Shown one piece after another: positions 34,188-39,264 of a DNA stretch of 39,264 bases. Origin of the DNA: Syntrophaceae bacterium UBA3084. GTDB lineage: Bacteria; Desulfobacterota; Syntrophia; Syntrophales; UBA6807. The notes under the pieces are model-generated. The model was not told the origin of the DNA, ran no database searches, and was given only the letters and a program-made list of their open reading frames with translations. Each line of letters begins with the position of its first letter. Positions within the stretch are counted from its first letter, which is position 1. The stretch covers positions 1-39,264 of the forward strand of contig DFBI01000047.1 of assembly GCA_002367335.1 (NCBI GenBank), written 5' to 3'. The translations under genes were made by a program, and so were the position numbers.

Positions 34188-35811
34188 TTTGAAAAAATTT
34201 AATAATATAGTCTATTTCAGGCTCTTTTAAATTTACAGAACATGGAATATTAATAGTTTTGTCAATCAAATCATTTGCTTTTTCGATTTGATAAAATTGA
34301 CAACTCCTATAGGGCTTTTGCATATGGTTAAGGTACCATACAGGGCGTGTCTGAATATTGTTTTCAGTAAGGTAGGTCATTAACTGTTCTCTGTCTTTTC
34401 CGTATGCGCTTTTATCAATTTGCAATGCGTACATCCAATGATTGTTTTCCGCATATTCCGGAGTTTTCGCAATATGTAATCCTGAAATTTCATCAATTTC
34501 GTTTTTATAACGTCGATAGTTCCGCTTCTTTGTCTTTAAATATCCTGGAAGTTGTTCCAACTGTGCAACACCCATTGCCGCCTGAATATTTGTTAATCTG
34601 TAATTATAACCAATCTCATTATGAATATAACGAATTCCATCATCTTTGGCCTGTGTGGTCAGATATCTCGCTTTTTCCGCCAGCGCCGGATCATCGGTTA
34701 AGATCATCCCGCCGCCGCCGGTAGTGATTAACTTGTTCCCATTAAAGGAAAGACAGCCAAGTGTCCCCACAGTGCCGCAATGCCTGCCCTTATGTTTCCC
34801 GCTGATATACCGCGTGCCGAGACTTTCTGTGGCATCTTCAATGATTTTGATATTACGCTTGAGGCAGATATCGGTTAGTTCATCAAGGAATACGGCATTG
34901 CCAAATACATGGACAGGAATAATTGCGGAAATTCGCCTGCCGGTTAAACGGTTGTACGTGGATCCACTTCGAAATTCCGTCTCCTTTTCCAGAAAGCGGA
35001 TTACCTTGCCGGCATCAATGTTATAATATCGATCACAGTCCATAAACACCGGATCTGCCGATAAATATATAACAACATTTATCGGCGAGATAAAGGTTAA
35101 GGTCGGCACAATCACTTCATCCCCGGGCTGCACACCCGCCAGATTTAAGGCAATATGCAGAGCGGCAGTGCCGTTCATGCAGGCCACGGCATGCTTTGCG
35201 CCGGTGTATTCAGCAATCCTTTGCTCAAAGAGGTCCACATACTTTCCCACAGAGGAGACCCACTCGGTATCAAGACACTCCTTGATGTACTTCCATTCGT
35301 TGCCTTGAATAGATGGAACTGAAAGTGGAATAACTTTGCTATATTCTTTCTTTTCCGCTCCTTTGTTTTCTTCGCCGGAAAAAGGGTTAATTACATCAAA
35401 AAAATCGTATTTTTTAAAATCCTTGTCGTTTGCGGTAATAAATTTCTTGATATTGTTATGCTTACATAGATTTGCAATTAAATGATCATAGATTTCATAT
35501 TTTCGGACGTTATGATTTGCGGCACTTTCAAAAGTAACCTCCAAAATATCTATATTTGTTTCCAATACCTCTATTTTTTTATTAAGTAAGATATTCTTAA
35601 TAATTCCATAGGATTTATCCGGTGAAATTGGGTCGCTAACCACCTTATCATTAGTAATGATCTGATAAAATTCAATCAAACTTATATCAGCAATAGCAAA
35701 TCCATCTGCCCGGATCAGGTCTTCAAGGACTGCTTCTGCCTTATCATTAAACTGTGACTGGGCATTAAAAGCATATATAAGGATATTGCTATCTATACAA
35801 ATATCCATCAT
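34180..35811 (-). CDS. PIN-domain (VapC-like) protein fused in frame to a DegT/DnrJ/EryC1-type (LegC-like) sugar aminotransferase
   Basis: Residues 1-144 have the PIN acidic set (IDSNILIY, LIEFY, EIYDHL, ITANDKDF). From about residue 159 the sequence matches the aminotransferase family: IPLSVPSIQGNEWKYIKECLDTEWVSSVG, NGTAALHIAL. There is no stop codon and no ATG/GTG/TTG in the 15-residue linker. Confidence 0.8.
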   Translation of the reverse strand: MMDICIDSNILIYAFNAQSQFNDKAEAVLEDLIRADGFAIADISLIEFYQIITNDKVVSDPISPDKSYGIIKNILLNKKIEVLETNIDILEVTFESAANHNVRKYEIYDHLIANLCKHNNIKKFITANDKDFKKYDFFDVINPFSGEENKGAEKKEYSKVIPLSVPSIQGNEWKYIKECLDTEWVSSVGKYVDLFEQRIAEYTGAKHAVACMNGTAALHIALNLAGVQPGDEVIVPTLTFISPINVVIYLSADPVFMDCDRYYNIDAGKVIRFLEKETEFRSGSTYNRLTGRRISAIIPVHVFGNAVFLDELTDICLKRNIKIIEDATESLGTRYISGKHKGRHCGTVGTLGCLSFNGNKLITTGGGGMILTDDPALAEKARYLTTQAKDDGIRYIHNEIGYNYRLTNIQAAMGVAQLEQLPGYLKTKKRNYRRYKNEIDEISGLHIAKTPEYAENNHWMYALQIDKSAYGKDREQLMTYLTENNIQTRPVWYLNHMQKPYRSCQFYQIEKANDLIDKTINIPCSVNLKEPEIDYIIKFFQNA

Positions 35812-36031
35812 CGTCTCTTCTATGCAGAAATTCTCTTGTTAAATTATCCTCTTTTAATTTTATTTTTGGTCCTTTTCTCAACAGCTCAATAAAATCTTTT
35901 GCGTCTTTAGTCTTATCTTCCTTTTCAATATCATAAATAATTTTTAGTTGCTTACCTGTTAATTTTTTCAGTAAATCAGGACTAATATCCAAAACTCCAT
36001 TGGATTTCATTTTGGTAATTATATGCTGCAT
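35789..36031 (-). CDS. Small protein, putative VapB-type antitoxin
   Basis: 80 aa, immediately upstream of and overlapping the PIN ORF. The N-terminal SNGVLDISPDLLKKL resembles an AbrB/SpoVT-like swapped-hairpin segment. The assignment rests mainly on position. Confidence 0.45.
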   Translation of the reverse strand: MQHIITKMKSNGVLDISPDLLKKLTGKQLKIIYDIEKEDKTKDAKDFIELLRKGPKIKLKEDNLTREFLHRRDDDGYLYR

Positions 36032-36057
36032 GTTGCCTCCTTAAACCGCCTCTCTTT

Positions 36058-37050
36058 TCAAATATTGTAGATATCAAACTTATATTTCTGCAAATTTTCA
36101 GGGTTCGTAAACCAGTTGATCGTCTTTTCAAGTCCTTCTCTTATTGAATACTTCGGCTCAAAACCGGTTAATTCCCTTATTTTTGTATTGTCGCACCACA
36201 AGCGATATACCTCTGATTTCTCGGGACGAAGGCGTGTATTATCTGTGATTACTTCTACATCGGAATTCATGATTTCTTTGATTTTATCAACTACGTCTCC
36301 TATGGAAATCTCAAAGTTGGAACCAATATTTACCGTCTCACCGATTGCCTTTTCGCATTCAGCAAGGGCAATAAATCCACGGCATATATCCTCAACGTAG
36401 CTGAGATCGCGCGTTGGGGTTAGATCACCAAGATTTATTACCCTTTTGCCACTTACAATCTGGGTAATAATGGTCGGGATAACCGCTCGAGCTGACTGGC
36501 GCGGCCCATAAGTATTAAATGGGCGTGCAATAATCAAAGGCAAGTTAAACGCATTGTGAAAACTTTTGGCCATTGCATCCGCGCAGATTTTTGAAGCACT
36601 GTAAGGTGACTGCGGCTGTAATGGGTGTTTTTCGTTAATAGGAACATACTGGGCTGTGCCATAGACTTCGGATGTGGATGTATGGATCACACGTTCACAC
36701 CCATTTTCAAGCGCCCCCTGGCAGATATTTAGTGTCCCTTTGATATTTGTATCCGCATAGCTGTCAGGCGCAACATAAGAATACGGTATCGCAATAAGAG
36801 CCGCCAGATGGAATATCACATCTACACCTTTGGTTATATGCTTGCAATAATGGGGATCGCGCACATCACCGGTTAGCACTTCAATATCATCCAGACAATC
36901 TATATCCTCCAGCCATCCCCAATAGTTGAAGGAATTATAGCAGCTTAATGCCTTGACGTCGGCACCGTGCTCCACCAGCATCTCAGTAAGATGCGAGCCA
37001 ATGAAGCCATCAGCACCGGTTACGAGAATGCGCTTATTTTTCAAATACAA
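36058..37050 (-). CDS. NAD-dependent nucleotide-sugar 4,6-dehydratase (LegB-like)
   Basis: 330 aa with a TTG start 6 nt after AAGGAG. Shows VTGADGFIGSHL, YNSFNYWGWL and SPYSASK (YxxxK). It is the first gene of the nonulosonate cassette. Confidence 0.8.
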   Translation of the reverse strand: MYLKNKRILVTGADGFIGSHLTEMLVEHGADVKALSCYNSFNYWGWLEDIDCLDDIEVLTGDVRDPHYCKHITKGVDVIFHLAALIAIPYSYVAPDSYADTNIKGTLNICQGALENGCERVIHTSTSEVYGTAQYVPINEKHPLQPQSPYSASKICADAMAKSFHNAFNLPLIIARPFNTYGPRQSARAVIPTIITQIVSGKRVINLGDLTPTRDLSYVEDICRGFIALAECEKAIGETVNIGSNFEISIGDVVDKIKEIMNSDVEVITDNTRLRPEKSEVYRLWCDNTKIRELTGFEPKYSIREGLEKTINWFTNPENLQKYKFDIYNI

Positions 37051-37071
37051 TCTTTACTCCTTATTGTTATT

Positions 37072-37090
37072 ACTAATGGGGGACGTTGGT
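37072..37090. repeat. 19-bp direct repeat ACTAATGGGGGACGTTGGT, copy 1
   Basis: Identical to 37327-37345. Lies just upstream of the legB-like RBS. Confidence 0.9.
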
Positions 37091-37326
37091 GCAAAGCTGC
37101 GTAAAGTTCGCTCGAGCCCACAGAGGCACAGAGGAATTATGAATAGGAAAGGAGGGCATGATTCTATGCGTCCCTTCTATCGCATCTCGTTTTTAATCAG
37201 CAGCTCCTATCGGCAGTCTCCGAACTCTGATACGTTTCTCCTCAAAGACAACGACCGCACCACCTCTTAACTCGTCCTCAATAGCAGAAAGATTAGCCAC
37301 AAGCAAAGAAACCTGCCTTTCGAATC

Positions 37327-37345
37327 ACTAATGGGGGACGTTGGT
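37327..37345. repeat. 19-bp direct repeat ACTAATGGGGGACGTTGGT, copy 2
   Basis: Identical to 37072-37090. The two copies bracket 236 bp. Confidence 0.9.
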
Positions 37346-37357
37346 AGTTTTGTCAGT

Positions 37358-37600
37358 TTATGCAAGTATATCCCTCAACTTTGGGTCATTGTCAACTATC
37401 ATTTTTCCCCTATACACGCATTGACCGACACTTACCCGCCCAATACTCAGTGCCTCGGCAACCTCCGAAGCACTGTATCCGTTATCGCTTACAGCTAGGA
37501 ATGATATTATAGCTCGAGCCATACTAACTTCCCTTCTTCGGCTAGAAGAAATGATAGAGTTCGTTTTTAGATCAAGGTGGGAAGCGACTTTATCAATTAA
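37358..37600 (-). pseudogene. Start-less C-terminal HTH fragment (DnaA-C-like tail seen on some IS200/REP-associated Y1 transposase-like proteins)
   Basis: The minus frame reads LIDKVASHLDLKTNSIISSSRRREVSMARAIISFLAVSDNGYSASEVAEALSIGRVSVGQCVYRGKMIV...*. It is preceded by an in-frame TAA at 37601-37603. The family assignment is from memory only. Confidence 0.35.
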
Positions 37601-37684
37601 TTAATCTCTTAAACCTTCAGCTATGCTGATGGTCCTAGTTTTGCTATGCGGGTAAGTGGGAGTATTTTTTCACCGCCCGCTTCG

Positions 37685-37905
37685 CTCAAGACGCAAAGTT
37701 CGCAAAGAAAAGATATATTTTTTCTGCTGAGAGGGCAGAAAAGAATACGCTTACGCAAAAACCATAGCATAATCATTCAAAGCACATATATACCGACGAA
37801 TAGAATTGTATAGTTGCCATAAGGCTTGTAGCTTTTGTTTTCCTTTCTTTCAAAGGAAAACAAAAAGGAAGTAAACTTGGCGTTCTTTGCGTCTTTGCGG
37901 TAAAA
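37685..37905. repeat. REP/MITE-like unit: imperfect inverted repeats carrying AAGACGCAAAG (37688-37698) and CTTTGCGTCTT (37885-37895) around a 14-bp hairpin (37833-37865)
   Basis: The 11-nt cores are perfect reverse complements, with partial matches in their flanks. Each arm is internally reiterated (CGCAAAG x2; TCTTTGCG x2). The central stem is TTTTGTTTTCCTTT / AAAGGAAAACAAAA. Confidence 0.5.
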
Positions 37906-38214
37906 TAGATGCCAGGAATCATCAGCCTTGTCACTCTGCGGTGTCTTGCACCAAGTTAATCCTCGACTTAAACCTGGCGAAAGGAAGAAACTGCCCCACG
38001 GGTTCGAGACCCAAGGCAGGGACCTTCTCTTCCGCTAGAATGGCTGGTTTTACCGATAAAAGAAAGCTTTTCATTTTTTTAACTTTGAACATACAAGGCA
38101 AAATCACCACTGCCCAAAATTCTTTCATCTCCCTTTTCCCATTCTTCCTTCTTTCTCCCCAATAGATTCCTTTTGTTCCCGCCCGCGCTTCGGACCAATC
38201 CACCACCCGATAAA

Positions 38215-38249
38215 GCTCAAAGCTGAATGCTGAATGCTCAAAGCAACTA
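38215..38249. repeat. Heptad tract GCTCAAA GCTGAAT GCTGAAT GCTCAAA GCAACTA
   Basis: Read directly. The last unit contains the stop codon of the four-helix-bundle pseudogene. Confidence 0.8.
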
Positions 38250-38450
38250 AGATGAAGAGATCGAATTTATGAGACCCTTTATCATGGACACTATTTCTTT
38301 ACCATGCATTTCGAGTTGAGAATAACGATCATCAGATATCCATTTCTTTCTCCGGAAAATTTCGAGCAAGGTCATTGTTTCATATAATGACCCCCTTGAT
38401 ATGTACAAATATTGCACAAACTCCTTTTTTGAAAAACGACCTTGCCCTCT
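38247..38450 (-). pseudogene. Four-helix-bundle (23S rRNA IVS protein family) gene, C-terminal half
   Basis: The minus frame reads RGQGRFSKKEFVQYLYISRGSLYETMTLLEIFRRKKWISDDRYSQLEMHGKEIVSMIKGLINSISSS*, matching the family from the (NIAE)GQGR motif onward. It starts directly after the GIY-YIG stop codon. Confidence 0.75.
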
Positions 38451-38705
38451 TTACCCGGTTAAATAAGATTTGAGTCGCTTTTTTAGAAACATTCTGCCAT
38501 GATATGTCTTTAGATATTTTTCACGTCTTGTTGCATCTTCTCTACTAAGACAGGCTTCATAATAGATCAAATTGAAAGGTGCTCTTTTTTTAGTAGAATC
38601 CACAAGGCCCTTGTTATGTCGCTCAAATCTTAACTTGAGTTCTTTTGTGAATCCAATATAGAATTTTCCATCCTTTTGGCTTTGCAAGACATAAGTGTAA
38701 TACAT
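38451..38705 (-). CDS. Small GIY-YIG nuclease-family protein (UPF0213/YhbQ-like)
   Basis: 84 aa from ATG 38705. Shows YYTYVLQSQKDGKFYIGFT (GIY...YIG) plus the R...H.N and E..L motif positions. Confidence 0.85.
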   Translation of the reverse strand: MYYTYVLQSQKDGKFYIGFTKELKLRFERHNKGLVDSTKKRAPFNLIYYEACLSREDATRREKYLKTYHGRMFLKKRLKSYLTG

Positions 38706-38717
38706 CACATATTCAAG

Positions 38718-38878
38718 CTATTTAACTGGGCAGGTATTCATAGATACGCTGGTGGAACTCGCTTCTATTTGCTCCAAGACGCTGTATCTGGGGGACGGAG
38801 TTAGTTTAATAGTTTAATATGTAACGTCCATCATTTTCTTTTATATTTAATACGTTGAAATAATTCATACCGTTCCAT
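38718..38878 (-). pseudogene. Four-helix-bundle gene, decayed N-terminal half
   Basis: One frame reads ...KLTPSPRYSVLEQIEASSTSVSMNT, then leaves homology (CPVK*). Compare FSLTDQIRRSSRSIGANLAEA in the intact copy. Upstream there is an 8-bp tandem duplication (AGTTTAAT x2, 38803-38818) that shifts the frame, and an in-frame TGA. Confidence 0.6.
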
Positions 38879-39136
38879 TTATCTCAATGCTCTTCTGATT
38901 TTCTTCGGATCTTGACGGAGATCCAGAACTCTCTTAACTAAGATAAGATCCTGATTTTCCATGGTGTAGTAGATGGCATACGGGAATCTTTTTGAAAGTA
39001 ACCGATGATAACCAGCGACTTTCCGATGAATTCCGCTATACAGAACCAACGAGTCAATGTCAGAAAACAATGAATCAAAGAAGTAATCCCCTACCCCCAC
39101 ACCTCTATAATAACGAAATCCAGATGATTTTATCAA
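38879..39136 (-). CDS. RelE/ParE-family toxin, probably N-terminally shortened
   Basis: 85 aa with the C-terminal pattern FPYAIYYTMENQDLILVKRVLDLRQDP typical of ParE-type toxins. No antitoxin-like ORF is visible upstream in the remaining 128 nt. Confidence 0.6.
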   Translation of the reverse strand: MIKSSGFRYYRGVGVGDYFFDSLFSDIDSLVLYSGIHRKVAGYHRLLSKRFPYAIYYTMENQDLILVKRVLDLRQDPKKIRRALR

Positions 39137-39264
39137 TCGGCTGATTATGTTAAACAGCCCAATATCTATAACCTTGCTAAATAATTGGATCTTTCATTAT
39201 GGTATAGTATAAATTAGCTTTCACCAAAATAATTAATACTATATCATAATAGAGCATTTTTTGT

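Noticed and set aside
37091-37326. Start-less frame [43 protein letters not shown] as an antitoxin gene
   Set aside because: It has no start codon and stops lie immediately upstream. I could not assign a family with any confidence, so it is reported only as the content of the direct-repeat-bracketed segment.
37833-37865. Intrinsic terminator
   Set aside because: It is a strong 14-bp A/T-rich hairpin but is not followed by a U-tract on either strand. It sits inside a REP-like unit and is better explained as part of that repeat.
38000-38012. tRNA-like T-arm (GGG TTCGAGA CCC)
   Set aside because: Only a 3-bp stem pairs. I could not build an acceptor, D or anticodon arm from the flanking sequence.
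37887-38206. 92-aa (+) and 91-aa (-) ORFs in the region right of the REP-like unit
   Set aside because: The + ORF starts inside the REP-type repeat (LRLCGK), and neither has family features. The region looks like decayed mobile-element DNA.

Overview
Nearly all coding capacity in this 39.3-kb window is on the minus strand and forms one large Wzx/Wzy-type surface-polysaccharide locus. It encodes:
- nucleotide-sugar enzymes: SqdB-like UDP-sulfoquinovose synthase, CapD-type dehydratase, an SDR epimerase, Gmd and Fcl;
- priming phosphoglycosyl transferases (PGT): one intact, one 3'-truncated, plus a 5' and a 3' fragment;
- GT4 glycosyltransferases, a NodU/CmcH carbamoyltransferase, a Wzy-like polymerase, an AsnB-type amidotransferase and a heparinase II/III-like protein;
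- a methyltransferase plus kinase-like pair and a Wzx flippase;
- a complete legionaminic-acid-type nonulosonate cassette: LegB-, LegC-, LegH-, NeuB-, NeuC- and PtmE-like genes, an oxidoreductase and a cytidylyltransferase.

The unusual content is mostly non-coding or selfish DNA:
1. The GC-richer flanks are packed with tandem heptanucleotide arrays of many unrelated unit sequences. They bracket a four-helix-bundle (23S-rRNA-IVS-protein family) gene, supply the start or stop ends of several ORFs, and appear as in-frame inserts inside two enzymes.
2. A family of covarying nested hairpins lies at 5445-5722.
3. The wzx-methyltransferase spacer holds a 148-bp palindromic MITE-like element with 9-bp target duplications and a G10 tract.
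4. A VapB-like gene is followed by a PIN domain fused in frame to the LegC aminotransferase.
5. A second four-helix-bundle gene is split at its conserved core by a minimal GIY-YIG nuclease gene.
6. Recombination scars mark the priming transferase genes.

All calls come from reading the sequence and the ORF track and from remembered family signatures; no searches were run. Repeat boundaries are good to about +/-2 nt.
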